Shown here: piece after piece, positions 7,357 through 15,824 of the stretch
Numbering within the stretch: position 1 is the stretch's first letter
Layout: every line of letters starts with the position of its first letter
Notes under the pieces: generated by a model
The model's input: only the letters and a program-made list of their open reading frames with translations
Database searches by the model: none
What the model was told of the DNA's origin: nothing
Program-made: the position numbers and the translations under genes
Source: a virus
DNA length: 64,000 nucleotides
Direction: 5' to 3' (one strand)
Virus record (IMG/VR): IMGVR_UViG_3300045988_111022

Positions 7357-7554
7357 ATGAAGAAAGTTCCGCTGCCAGAGTGGTGCGTGTCAGTCAAAAA
7401 AGCGATGGTTGAGCGCGACGATATGAGCGTCACCGAGCTGGCAAAAGAAATCGGGTACTCCCGCGCACACGTCAGCCAGGTCATCAATGGTACGATGGTG
7501 CCGTCTGCGAACATCAAGTCCGCGATTGAGTCCTGCCTGAACCTGCGGGCGTGA
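7357..7554 (+). CDS. Cro-like HTH protein (65 aa)
   Basis: MKKVPLPEWCVSVKKAMVERDDMSVTELAKEIGYSRAHVSQVINGT. GGAAGGAG RBS. Confidence 0.75.
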   Translation: MKKVPLPEWCVSVKKAMVERDDMSVTELAKEIGYSRAHVSQVINGTMVPSANIKSAIESCLNLRA

Positions 7555-7596
7555 TTTCTTACATCATAAGTTTACCAGAAAGGAGAGTTGTGCGAA

Positions 7597-8046
7597 ATGG
7601 CGGTTGATTGCCAGAATATCTACAAAAACGCGCGGAAATCTGCCGGAATGACGCAGGAAAAAGCCGCACAGCTTTTGAACGTGTCAGTTGATTCTCTGCG
7701 GGATTATGAGCAGAGCCAGCGCCCGGTACCCAGCGACGTGGCAAGCGCCATGTGCGATGTATACCAAGCCCCGTATCTTGCAGTTCAGCATCTGCGCCGG
7801 TCCTCAGAGCTGGGCAAGCGGGTGGTCCCGGAGATTCAGTTAAAGGACTTGCCGGAAGCTGTTCTCAGCGTTCTGGCGGCGGTTCAGAGGTTTATCGTAA
7901 AGCGCGATGCGATGATAGAGATCGTCGCAGATGGAAAAATCGAAGAGGACGAACAGGCTGAATGGAATGAGATCATGGATCGAATGAACAACCTGTTCGT
8001 GGCGATGGCCAATATGCGTTTTTCGAAAGGAGGGCGTCGGACGTGA
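7597..8046 (+). CDS. XRE-family HTH protein with C-terminal helical extension
   Basis: IYKNARKSAGMTQEKAAQLLNVSVDSLRDYEQSQRPVP. ATG at 7597, 9 nt after GGAGAG. Confidence 0.75.
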   Translation: MAVDCQNIYKNARKSAGMTQEKAAQLLNVSVDSLRDYEQSQRPVPSDVASAMCDVYQAPYLAVQHLRRSSELGKRVVPEIQLKDLPEAVLSVLAAVQRFIVKRDAMIEIVADGKIEEDEQAEWNEIMDRMNNLFVAMANMRFSKGGRRT

Positions 8047-8363
8047 AAGAATCGTACTTTATCGGCGTGAGCGAAGTGCAGGAAATTGTCGGATGCAGCA
8101 AATCCAGAGCCTATCAGTTTATCCAGCAGATGAACAAAGAGCTGGAAGCAAAGGGTCTGCTTACGTTTCCGGGCAGAGTGCCCCGGCGGTATGTGTTCGA
8201 GCGGTTCGGCATTACGGAGGTTCAGGATGATGCAAAAGGCAATAATCCCGCTGGTGGCAACAGCGGCGGCGCAACTACTGGTAATCGGAAGCATCGCCGC
8301 GGCGTTCGCTTTCCAACCGAAAGAAACGCAGCTCCCGATAGCGATGATTCCTGTGCAAGCTGA
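8043..8363 (+). CDS. Excisionase/MerR-type small HTH (Xis-like N-terminus, low-complexity tail)
   Basis: MKESYFIGVSEVQEIVGCSKSRAYQFIQQMNKELEAKGLLTFPGRVPRRYVFERFGI is an HTH_17/Xis-like pattern. The last ~45 codons overlap the next gene in another frame. Confidence 0.55.
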   Translation: MKESYFIGVSEVQEIVGCSKSRAYQFIQQMNKELEAKGLLTFPGRVPRRYVFERFGITEVQDDAKGNNPAGGNSGGATTGNRKHRRGVRFPTERNAAPDSDDSCAS

Positions 8364-8844
8364 CATCGAGCAGGGCGAGTGTATCCGGCGAGACCCGGCT
8401 CCCTATGAGCCGATTACATACCATGTGCCGCTGGATGAGGATTTACAGCAGTATACAGCCGAGATGTGCGACTTGTACGAAGTTCCGCTGGAGCTGGCCT
8501 ACGCCGTCATGCAGGTCGAGAGCGGCTATACGGTGAGCGCTACCAGCTCAACCGGGGATTATGGTCTGATGCAGATCAACAGCATCAATGCCGGATGGCT
8601 CAAAGATGAGCTGGGAGTCACGGATCTGTTGGATGCCTGCCAGAACATCAAGGCTGGGTGCTATATGCTCGGAAGCTATCTTGCCCTGTACGATGGAGAC
8701 ATCAAACGAACGATGATGGCGTACAACCTTGGGAAGAGCGGGGCAGAAAAGGCTTGGAATGCAGGAACCCGCAGCACTGCCTACACCGACAAGGTGTGGA
8801 GCGCAATGGTTGGCCTTTTGGAGGAAGAAAGGGATGTTTCGTAA
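8227..8844 (+). CDS. Membrane-anchored lytic transglycosylase (SLT domain)
   Basis: N-terminal anchor AIIPLVATAAAQLLVIGSIAAAFAF. SLT motifs AYAVMQVESGY...GDYGLMQIN...AYNLG. GGAGG 7 nt before the ATG at 8227. Confidence 0.8.
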   Translation: MMQKAIIPLVATAAAQLLVIGSIAAAFAFQPKETQLPIAMIPVQADIEQGECIRRDPAPYEPITYHVPLDEDLQQYTAEMCDLYEVPLELAYAVMQVESGYTVSATSSTGDYGLMQINSINAGWLKDELGVTDLLDACQNIKAGCYMLGSYLALYDGDIKRTMMAYNLGKSGAEKAWNAGTRSTAYTDKVWSAMVGLLEEERDVS

Positions 8845-9145
8845 GGTGATGCAAATGATTCAGGATTACGCGGAGAAGAAGCTGCTGGATGAAGTCTTTG
8901 CTACATACCTCGATGTGCAGGATGCCGCAGCTGAGATGGCGCAGGTGCTCCCGTGTCCCCGGTGTGGGAAGCTGACCATGAAGATGCGCTTGCACAGCAA
9001 CGCTCTTTCCCGTCAGGTTCCGGGCATCACGATTTGTGACCAGTGCGGAACCGAAGAAGCGCTGGATGCAATGGCGGGGAAGCCAAAGGATGCCCATGAA
9101 TGGGCGCTGGTCAAAGCCTACATGAAAGGAGCAAACCTCAAATGA
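8834..9145 (+). CDS. Zinc-ribbon protein (CPRC...CDQC)
   Basis: MFRKVMQMIQDY...LPCPRCGKLTM...ITICDQCGTEEALD. ATG at 8834 after GGAAGAAAGGG. Confidence 0.6.
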   Translation: MFRKVMQMIQDYAEKKLLDEVFATYLDVQDAAAEMAQVLPCPRCGKLTMKMRLHSNALSRQVPGITICDQCGTEEALDAMAGKPKDAHEWALVKAYMKGANLK

Positions 9146-9528
9146 AGCGCAGGGAAAAGAAGCTGAGCGTGATGGATTGGGTTCTAGTGGGCCTGCTGGA
9201 CACGCTGGCCGGGGTCGTAGCTGGAGGGCTGATGGCAATATGGCAGTTGCCGAGCGCCTACCGCTGGCGTGGCTACTGGGCAATCGGCGGCGAATGGCTG
9301 CTTGTCATCATTGCAATCATCATGGCGGTGCGGCTGACGCACGCATTCCAGATGTTCATGATTTTCGGAGGAAAGAAGCATGGTAAGATGCGCTCGGTGT
9401 CACAGGGTCATTACAGATCCGGCGGCAATCGATGCGGGGTACGGCGCAAAGTGTTACGCCAAGGAGTTCGGAAAGAAGCTGAAATCGCCCGCAAGACCTC
9501 GCAAGGGAAAGACCGCTACACAGCCTAA
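9142..9528 (+). CDS. Small membrane protein (3' end uncertain; overlaps the next gene)
   Basis: ATGA overlap with the previous gene. Two hydrophobic helices: VLVGLLDTLAGVVAGGLMAIW and GEWLLVIIAIIMAV. Confidence 0.5.
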   Translation: MKRREKKLSVMDWVLVGLLDTLAGVVAGGLMAIWQLPSAYRWRGYWAIGGEWLLVIIAIIMAVRLTHAFQMFMIFGGKKHGKMRSVSQGHYRSGGNRCGVRRKVLRQGVRKEAEIARKTSQGKDRYTA

Positions 9529-9634
9529 GAGCACCGCTGAGCGCCAAATCATCGGCCAACTCACGGTATATGACATACTCGCCGCACACGAAAAAAGCAC
9601 CGACCAGAACGGCCGGTGCGCTACAAATGGATAG
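9380..9634 (+). CDS. DUF6011-like protein
   Basis: MVRCARCHRVITDPAAIDAGYGAKCYAKE matches the CxxC...L/ITDP.S...G.G..C pattern. GGAGG RBS. Confidence 0.55.
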   Translation: MVRCARCHRVITDPAAIDAGYGAKCYAKEFGKKLKSPARPRKGKTATQPKSTAERQIIGQLTVYDILAAHEKSTDQNGRCATNG

Positions 9635-9751
9635 AGACCCGCACATTCCGTTGGCGCTTGATGCAGGAACATCAAGCCGGAAAATACAGGTCTCCACCAC
9701 ACACAACCATATTGTAGCATATTCGGTTGGATTTTTCAACAGGTACGAAGC

Positions 9752-9784
9752 GGCGAGAAAGGACTATCCTTTCTGCCGTTTTTC
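9752..9784 (+). terminator. Rho-independent terminator before the recombination operon
   Basis: GGCGAGAAAGGA-CTA-TCCTTTCTGCC followed by GTTTTTC. Confidence 0.6.
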
Positions 9785-9808
9785 TATGCAAAAATTAGGA
9801 GGTACAAC

Positions 9809-10798
9809 ATGGAAAAAGAACTTACTACCGCCACAACCACGCAGGAGCCGATGTTGGCCGAGAGTCTGATTGTGGTGCAGCAACTTCCTGTTATCAAAGA
9901 GCAACTGCACAGCATCAAGGCTCAGGCACAGGCGTCCGTGACGGAAGCGCTGGCGCTGGTTTGCACGGAAGAGACGCTCAAGGTCGTTAAGGAGCAGCGG
10001 GCAAAACTGAATCGTGACCGCAAGGATTTGGATGACCGTCGTGCAGTCGTTAAGAAGCAGATCATGAAGCCTTTTGAGGACTTCGACAAGGTTTACAAGG
10101 AATGCGTCACCGATGTCTATGGCCCTGCGGATGAAGCGCTGAAAGGTAAAATCACGGACGTGGAAGCCGGCTTGAAAGCTGACAAGGAGAAGAAAGTGGT
10201 CGCTTACTTCGACGAGCTGGTCAAGGCAAACGGGGTCGAGTGGGTCAGCTATGGGGACGTCGGCATTGCCGTTACCATGACGGCGAGCCTGAAATCTTTG
10301 AAGAGCAAGGTCAAGGATTACGTTGACCGCGTAGTGGCTGATGTGAACTGCATCAATGGCATGGAGAATGCCCCGGAGGTCATGGCCGAGTATAAGCAGT
10401 GCCGCAATCTGGCCGTTGCGATTAACAGCGTGAGCCAGCGCAAAGACCGTGTGGCCCGCGAGGAAGCTGAACGGAAACAGCGCCTTGAAGCCCAGCTTCG
10501 TGCGCAGGAAGCAGAGTCGGCGGTGCTGGATGCGGTAGAAGAAGAGCTGGCCGCGCCGCAAGTCATGGGCGCCGAGCCTCCGGTTATGGATGAGCAGGAG
10601 GTCGAAGAAACCCAACAGGAGAGCGAGGAACAGGTCATGACGGCCCAATTTGCTTTCATGGGCCGCACGTTCCAGTGCCGCGGTACATTGACCCAGCTCC
10701 GGGAGCTGAAGTCTTTCGTAAATGAAAAAATCGACGAGATCCAGAAGCATATGGATTCCGTCGGCATCGAGAATGAGGAGGTAAGCGACAATGGCTAA
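9809..10798 (+). CDS. DUF1351-like protein (RecT-associated)
   Basis: AGGAGG RBS. 329 aa, coiled-coil rich. LIVVQQLPVIKEQL... N-terminus and a position immediately upstream of recT, as in many Firmicutes phages. Confidence 0.6.
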   Translation: MEKELTTATTTQEPMLAESLIVVQQLPVIKEQLHSIKAQAQASVTEALALVCTEETLKVVKEQRAKLNRDRKDLDDRRAVVKKQIMKPFEDFDKVYKECVTDVYGPADEALKGKITDVEAGLKADKEKKVVAYFDELVKANGVEWVSYGDVGIAVTMTASLKSLKSKVKDYVDRVVADVNCINGMENAPEVMAEYKQCRNLAVAINSVSQRKDRVAREEAERKQRLEAQLRAQEAESAVLDAVEEELAAPQVMGAEPPVMDEQEVEETQQESEEQVMTAQFAFMGRTFQCRGTLTQLRELKSFVNEKIDEIQKHMDSVGIENEEVSDNG

Positions 10799-11750
10799 AG
10801 CAGTACAGCCGAAGAAATTGTACTTCTCTCAGGCAATGCAGACCGAGAAATACAAGAAACTCATAAATAATACCCTAGGCGATCCGGTACGCGCGGCACG
10901 ATTCGCTGCAAATATCACTTCTGCTGTGGCAGTTAACCCTACCTTGCAGGAGTGTGATGCAGGTACTATTTTGGCGGGTGCCCTTTTGGGTGAAAGCCTG
11001 CTCTTGCAGCCTTCCCCGCAGTTGGGCCAGTTCTACTTGGTGCCGTTCGAATCCAAAGCAAAACGTGACCGGCAGGGTAATGTGATTAAGCCGGCGTGTC
11101 TCAAGGCGCAATTCGTTTTGGGTTACAAGGGATACATCCAGTTGGCTCTGAGAACGGGCCAGTACAAGCGCCTGAATGTTCTGGAAGTCAAATCCGGGGA
11201 ACTGGGCGGTTGGGATCCCTTTGAAGAGCGTTTCCATGAAATGCACTTCATCGAAGATTTTGAAAAGCGTGCAGCAATGCCGACTGTGGGCTACATTGCC
11301 CATTTTGAGTATATCAATGGTTTCCAGAAAACGCTGTACTGGACGGCAGACCAGATGATGTCTCATGCGGACAAATATTCCCCGGCATTCAGCGCCGCCG
11401 CATATAAGAAGCTGCTGAATGGTGAGATTCCGCAGAATGAGTTGTGGAAGTATTCGAGCTTCTGGTACAAAGACTTCGACGGGATGGCCAAAAAGACCAT
11501 GCTGCGCCAGTTGATTTCCAAGTGGGGCATTATGACGGCAGAAATGACGATGGCCTATGAAAGAGACGGCCATGTGATGATGCCGGACACCGCGAGCGGA
11601 GACCTGTTGCCGGAAGTGACCGATACCCCGGAACTCAGCCAGCAGGATGAGCAGGAACAGCCCAAAATCGAGCGGACGGCCAAAACTATGGACTTGCCGG
11701 AGCCGGAAGCAGACGAAGTGAAAGCGGCTGTTGATTTGGCGACACTCTGA
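10791..11750 (+). CDS. recT: RecT-family single-strand annealing recombinase
   Basis: ...AANITSAVAVNPTLQECDAGTILAGALLGESLLLQPSPQLGQFYLVPF...FVLGYKGYIQLALRTGQYK are typical RecT core motifs. Confidence 0.85.
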   Translation: MAKAVQPKKLYFSQAMQTEKYKKLINNTLGDPVRAARFAANITSAVAVNPTLQECDAGTILAGALLGESLLLQPSPQLGQFYLVPFESKAKRDRQGNVIKPACLKAQFVLGYKGYIQLALRTGQYKRLNVLEVKSGELGGWDPFEERFHEMHFIEDFEKRAAMPTVGYIAHFEYINGFQKTLYWTADQMMSHADKYSPAFSAAAYKKLLNGEIPQNELWKYSSFWYKDFDGMAKKTMLRQLISKWGIMTAEMTMAYERDGHVMMPDTASGDLLPEVTDTPELSQQDEQEQPKIERTAKTMDLPEPEADEVKAAVDLATL

Positions 11751-12418
11751 TGGTCAAGTACAACATTATCAGCACCGGAAGTGACGGCAACGCTACGATT
11801 TTGGAAGATTTTGTGCTGATAGACTGCGGGGTGCCTTACAAAGCGCTGGAGCCATATGTGACGAAGCTGAAACTTGTGCTTTTGACGCATATTCATTCAG
11901 ATCACTTCCAAAAGCGCACCATCAAGCGGCTTGCCGAAGAACGGCCAACGCTGCGCTTTGGGTGTTGCCGCTGGCTGGCACCGCCGCTTCTGGCCGCAGG
12001 GGTGCCGGAACGTCAGATTGATGTGCTGGAACCCCGGACCATGTACGGATACGGCCTGTGCAATGTGATTCCGTTCATGCTGGTGCATAACGTGCCGAAC
12101 TGCGGGTACAAGGTGCATTTTCCATCTGGCAAGGCGATTTATGCCACTGACACCAACAACCTGAACGGGGTGCAGGCACTCGGATATGACCTCTATTTGA
12201 TAGAAGCCAATTACAGAGACGAGGACATTCAGGCCAAAATCGCAGAGAAAAAGGCTGCTGGACAGTATGCCTATGAGATGCAGGTGCTCAAGAATCACCT
12301 ATCGGAAGCAAAGTGCAATGATTTCTTGGTGAGAAATATGCAGGCGAACAGCGTGTATATTCCTATGCACGTTCATGTTGACAAGGAGAAAACGGATGGT
12401 CGTAACGGCGAAAATTGA
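11750..12418 (+). CDS. MBL-fold metallo-hydrolase (probable recombination exonuclease partner)
   Basis: VLLTHIHSDH (HxHxDH) motif. ATGA-type overlap with recT. Confidence 0.75.
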   Translation: MVKYNIISTGSDGNATILEDFVLIDCGVPYKALEPYVTKLKLVLLTHIHSDHFQKRTIKRLAEERPTLRFGCCRWLAPPLLAAGVPERQIDVLEPRTMYGYGLCNVIPFMLVHNVPNCGYKVHFPSGKAIYATDTNNLNGVQALGYDLYLIEANYRDEDIQAKIAEKKAAGQYAYEMQVLKNHLSEAKCNDFLVRNMQANSVYIPMHVHVDKEKTDGRNGEN

Positions 12419-13064
12419 AAAGCTGGAAGATGGAAAGCTCGTCCTGAAGCCCGATACGGACATCAGCCGCTTTGTGGAGCAGAAACGCCCCCGGCGGGTG
12501 GAAGTTCGGCTGGATGATGGACGCACGATTTCCGTTGACCAGCGCCGAAAGATTTTTGCCATCATCCGTGACATTTCTTTGTGGTCCGGCCATGAGCCGG
12601 AAGAACTTCGGCAGTATTTGGAATGGGATTTCTGCTCCCGCGCTATGCGGGAGTGGTTCTCCCTCTCAGACTGCGACATGACGACAGCACGAGAATTCAT
12701 TACTTACCTGATTTCGTTTTGTTTCCACTGGGGCGTTCCGACCAAGGATAGTCTGCTGACGCAGACGGACGACATTGGAAAGTACCTGTACCTGTGCCTT
12801 GAAAATCGCCGCTGCGCAATTTGCAACCGTCCGGCGGAGGTGCATCACGTTGACCGTATCGGCATGGGTATGGACAGAGAAAAGGTCGTCCACGTTGGCC
12901 TGAACGCAATCGCACTTTGCCGAGCACATCACGAGGAAGCGCACCGCCGGGAGAATGCGTTGTTCGCTGAGTACCACATCTATGGAATCAAGCTGGACAA
13001 GCACCTGTGCAAAGTGCTCTCCCTCAATCAAAAGCCGAAAGGGGAGGTGAAGCGTGGCGAATGA
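12396..13064 (+). CDS. HNH-like nuclease / DUF968-like protein
   Basis: C-terminal CAICNRPAEVHHVDRIGMG...ALCRAHHEEAH (CxxC...HH...HH..H). ATG at 12396 after AAGGAG. Confidence 0.55.
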   Translation: MVVTAKIEKLEDGKLVLKPDTDISRFVEQKRPRRVEVRLDDGRTISVDQRRKIFAIIRDISLWSGHEPEELRQYLEWDFCSRAMREWFSLSDCDMTTAREFITYLISFCFHWGVPTKDSLLTQTDDIGKYLYLCLENRRCAICNRPAEVHHVDRIGMGMDREKVVHVGLNAIALCRAHHEEAHRRENALFAEYHIYGIKLDKHLCKVLSLNQKPKGEVKRGE

Positions 13065-13779
13065 CTACATAAAGCTATGGGTGAAAGACTACCGAGCGCT
13101 ACTGGAACCGTTCAGTGAAGCAGAACGGGGGCGCATTTTGTGGGCGATGATGGACTACAAGGAATCGGGGACTGAGCCGAGCTTTTTAGGAAATGAACGC
13201 TTCGTCTGGGCAGCTATCAAGGCAAAGATTGATGCTTCCAATGAAGCCTACGAGCGACAAGCGGCGGCTAATCGTGCCAATGGTGCAAGGGGCGGAAGGC
13301 CGAGAAAAAATAAAGAAACTCCAGAAAACCCAAAAAACCGAATGGGTTTTGAACCTGCCAAAGAATCAGAGGGCGCAGACGAACAACAGGAGACATCAAC
13401 CGGCCCGCCCGACGGAAAGCCGGAATCCTACTGGATCTGGGCTGGGTGCGATAAGGTGCTCACGCCTTATATGGCCTCAGAATTCCGGGGCCTGCGGGAA
13501 GCAGGCGTAGAGGATGCCTTAGTGGTGGCCGCGCTGAAAGAAGCGATGCGCCATCAAGCAAAGTATCCTTGGGTCTATGCCAAGCGTCTGCTTGACCAAG
13601 CAACAGCACAAAAAATCACAACGCTGGAAGCGTGGGAAAAAGTACATATCACATACAAAGGAAACCGGGTTGACCGGGAGACGCCGAGTGGAAATAACTT
13701 CCTTGGCCTTGATAACAGCTTGAATCTCCTGAAAAGGAGACCTCTCAAAAAGCGGGCGGAGGAAGTTCCGCCAGACTAA
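13054..13779 (+). CDS. DnaD-domain replication organiser-like protein
   Basis: GTG start after GGGGAGGTG. N-terminal phage replisome-organiser-like region, a low-complexity linker, and a C-terminal DnaD-like segment (ALVVAALKEAMRHQAKYPWVYAKRLLDQ). Confidence 0.6.
   Translation: MANDYIKLWVKDYRALLEPFSEAERGRILWAMMDYKESGTEPSFLGNERFVWAAIKAKIDASNEAYERQAAANRANGARGGRPRKNKETPENPKNRMGFEPAKESEGADEQQETSTGPPDGKPESYWIWAGCDKVLTPYMASEFRGLREAGVEDALVVAALKEAMRHQAKYPWVYAKRLLDQATAQKITTLEAWEKVHITYKGNRVDRETPSGNNFLGLDNSLNLLKRRPLKKRAEEVPPD
13325..13350 (+). repeat. 26-nt element AAAACCCAAAAAACCGAATGGGTTTT inside the DnaD-like gene linker
   Basis: Exact reverse complement of 3788-3813. Its ends AAAACCC/GGGTTTT are self-complementary. 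Confidence 0.8.
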
Positions 13780-13791
13780 GGAGGCTTTCTA

Positions 13792-14736
13792 ATGGGAAGC
13801 GATATTCGCCATGTCCGCGGCGAGGCCCAGAAAGAGCTTGTGAAGAAGTTTGAAGTATTTACAAGCAAGGGGCGATCAAGGTGGCAGGTTTGGAGCGATT
13901 GGATTACGATAAGCGCCATCGCCGTGTCCAATGCGACGGACAAGAACCACTTCGATGAACGAGAGCGGCAGTACATGACTATCGTGAAAAAGTACACGAA
14001 GCAGGAAACAGATACGTTCGCAGATATGCTTTCGCTTCTGGTTATGGCGCTGGAGGATGACCCGGAACAGGATTTCCTTGGCGAGTTGTATATGCGCTTG
14101 GGGCTTGGAAATGACCATGCAGGCCAATTCTTTACGCCCTACCACCTGTGCGAGTTTACGTCAGCAGTAACGACCCCTGCGGAAGAGTTTCAGCAGAAAA
14201 TCGGAGACAGGGGATGGGTTGCAGTCTGTGATCCGACCTGCGGCGCTGGGGCCTTGCTGGTGGCGTTCGCAAACAAATGCAGAAAGAAAGGCATCAATTA
14301 TCAGACGGATGTGCTGTTTGTGGCGCAGGACATTGACTACATCGTGGGTATGATGTGCTATCTGCAAATGAGTCTGCTTGGAATGCCGGGATACGTCGTC
14401 ATCGGTGATACGCTTGCAAGCCCGTCTACGTCTTATGACAAAAGAGGGCTGATTCCAGTTGACAAAGGGAACGTCTGGTACACGCCGCTGCTCAGGATCC
14501 CGGTTTGGCAGTATCGAATCTTTATGGCGCAGATGGAGCTGGTCACTCAGCCGATAAAGGAAGAGCGTGCTGCGGATGCGCCAAAATCCGAACCACAGAA
14601 AGCCCTTGAAGCCACAAAAAAGAGTAAGCAACCAAAAGATACGGAAAAGCCAAAAGCCGCTAAAATGCCGCCCAAAGAGCCGGAGCAGGAACCGATATTC
14701 TCTGAGGGTAAGGGCGGGCAGTTGAGCTTTTTCTGA
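13792..14736 (+). CDS. HsdM/N6-adenine-methylase-like protein lacking the NPPY/F catalytic motif
   Basis: GQFFTP and CDPTCGAGALL (SAM motif I) are present, as is IGDTL. No NPP[YFW] or DPPY anywhere. C-terminal K/E/P-rich tail. Confidence 0.6.
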   Translation: MGSDIRHVRGEAQKELVKKFEVFTSKGRSRWQVWSDWITISAIAVSNATDKNHFDERERQYMTIVKKYTKQETDTFADMLSLLVMALEDDPEQDFLGELYMRLGLGNDHAGQFFTPYHLCEFTSAVTTPAEEFQQKIGDRGWVAVCDPTCGAGALLVAFANKCRKKGINYQTDVLFVAQDIDYIVGMMCYLQMSLLGMPGYVVIGDTLASPSTSYDKRGLIPVDKGNVWYTPLLRIPVWQYRIFMAQMELVTQPIKEERAADAPKSEPQKALEATKKSKQPKDTEKPKAAKMPPKEPEQEPIFSEGKGGQLSFF

Positions 14737-14748
14737 TAGGAGGACAAT

Positions 14749-15285
14749 ATGGATTCCACCACACACACCACAACCACAGTAGAGTTCGTCGATTGGCGGA
14801 CCAAGGCAAAAGAGAAGCTGGAGGCAGAGGACAAGTTGTTCAAAGGCGGGCGCGCCGCCGCGAGCGTTCAGAGCTATGTGCTGCGGGCACTGCTGAACTT
14901 TGCAGATCAGGAGCCGCGCTTCGCTGAGGTCGTTTGTAACACGGAGCGCACGTTCTCTGAATGCTGCGCGGCAGTCGTGCACAATGCGGGAGAGGTTCTG
15001 TCTGACCTTGAAGCGTATCGCAAGGCCGTGCAGTTCTACTTCCCCAATGCTGAAATCTCGTTTTCGATGAACATCAATCTTACCGGAACGCCGCCGACGG
15101 AAGAAGAGATGCGGGCGCCGGCAACCATTAAACCGGAGAACGCCACCCCGAATATTCCGAAACCGCAGGAGCCGGCAAAGGAAAAGCCCGACCAAAAGAA
15201 GCCGAAACCGGAGAAAAAGCCTGCAAAGAAGAAAGAGAAGCAGAGCGAGGATTCGATGCAGCTTTCCTTGGAGGGATGGTTCTGA
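14749..15285 (+). CDS. PcfK-like / AcrIIA9-family-like protein
   Basis: ...SVQSYVLRALLNFADQEPRFAEVVCNTERTFSECCAAVVHNAGEVLSDLEAYRKAVQFYFP fits the PcfK-like pattern. Lys/Pro-rich tail. Immediately upstream of the PcfJ-like gene. Confidence 0.5.
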   Translation: MDSTTHTTTTVEFVDWRTKAKEKLEAEDKLFKGGRAAASVQSYVLRALLNFADQEPRFAEVVCNTERTFSECCAAVVHNAGEVLSDLEAYRKAVQFYFPNAEISFSMNINLTGTPPTEEEMRAPATIKPENATPNIPKPQEPAKEKPDQKKPKPEKKPAKKKEKQSEDSMQLSLEGWF

Positions 15286-15824
15286 TGATTTTGGGATTCA
15301 AGGGATTCAAGCCGGGGCTGGTCGCAACGCTTGGAAACGGAAAATTCCAGTATGTTCCGAACGAGCTGAATGAGACGAAAAAGGCCATGTGCGCCAGCAC
15401 CGGGTTCCATTATTGCTTAGACCCGTGGGATTGCCTGAATTGGTACACATGGAACGGCAAGAATGAGTTTTGGGCAGTTGCGGCCGGGGGCGATGTTGAC
15501 GAGGATGGCTACGGAAGCCGGAGCAGCTGTACGAAGCTGGTTCCTCTCCGCAAGCTGACAGCAGAAGAATTTTTGCTGATGCACGCCAACTATGTGTTTG
15601 AGCATCCTGCGGAGAAGTTTGAGGACAGCTATAAAGGGCCATTTCATGTCGCATATGGCCGGGATAAGAAGCTGGCCGGAGAACTGGGAGAATGGCTCTG
15701 CTTCATCATCCAAGATCAGCAGGAGTCCATCTGCATTGCACAGCCGATTGACGGCGTGAAGATTTTGCCGGGGAAGAACTACACGGCAGAGAGCTTGGAG
15801 GCGGCACACAATGAAAAAGGCTGA
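15285..15824 (+). CDS. DUF7666-like protein
   Basis: MILGFKGFKPGLVATLGNGKFQYVPNE...CASTGFHYCLDPWDCLNWY. TGATG overlap with the previous gene. Confidence 0.45.
   Translation: MILGFKGFKPGLVATLGNGKFQYVPNELNETKKAMCASTGFHYCLDPWDCLNWYTWNGKNEFWAVAAGGDVDEDGYGSRSSCTKLVPLRKLTAEEFLLMHANYVFEHPAEKFEDSYKGPFHVAYGRDKKLAGELGEWLCFIIQDQQESICIAQPIDGVKILPGKNYTAESLEAAHNEKG

Noticed and set aside
7150-7554. Long (134-aa) version of the Cro-like ORF. Also the 6900-7208 +ORF.
   Set aside because: There is no RBS at 7150. A strong RBS and the HTH domain begin at 7357. 6900-7208 is antisense to the repressor and its promoter region.
8043-8363. The 137-nt out-of-frame overlap between the Xis-like ORF and the SLT gene as a programmed recoding or fusion event
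   Set aside because: The overlapping tail of the Xis-like ORF is low-complexity (GNNPAGGNSGGATTGNRKHRRG). It most likely just reflects a late stop codon. There is no slippery site or structure.
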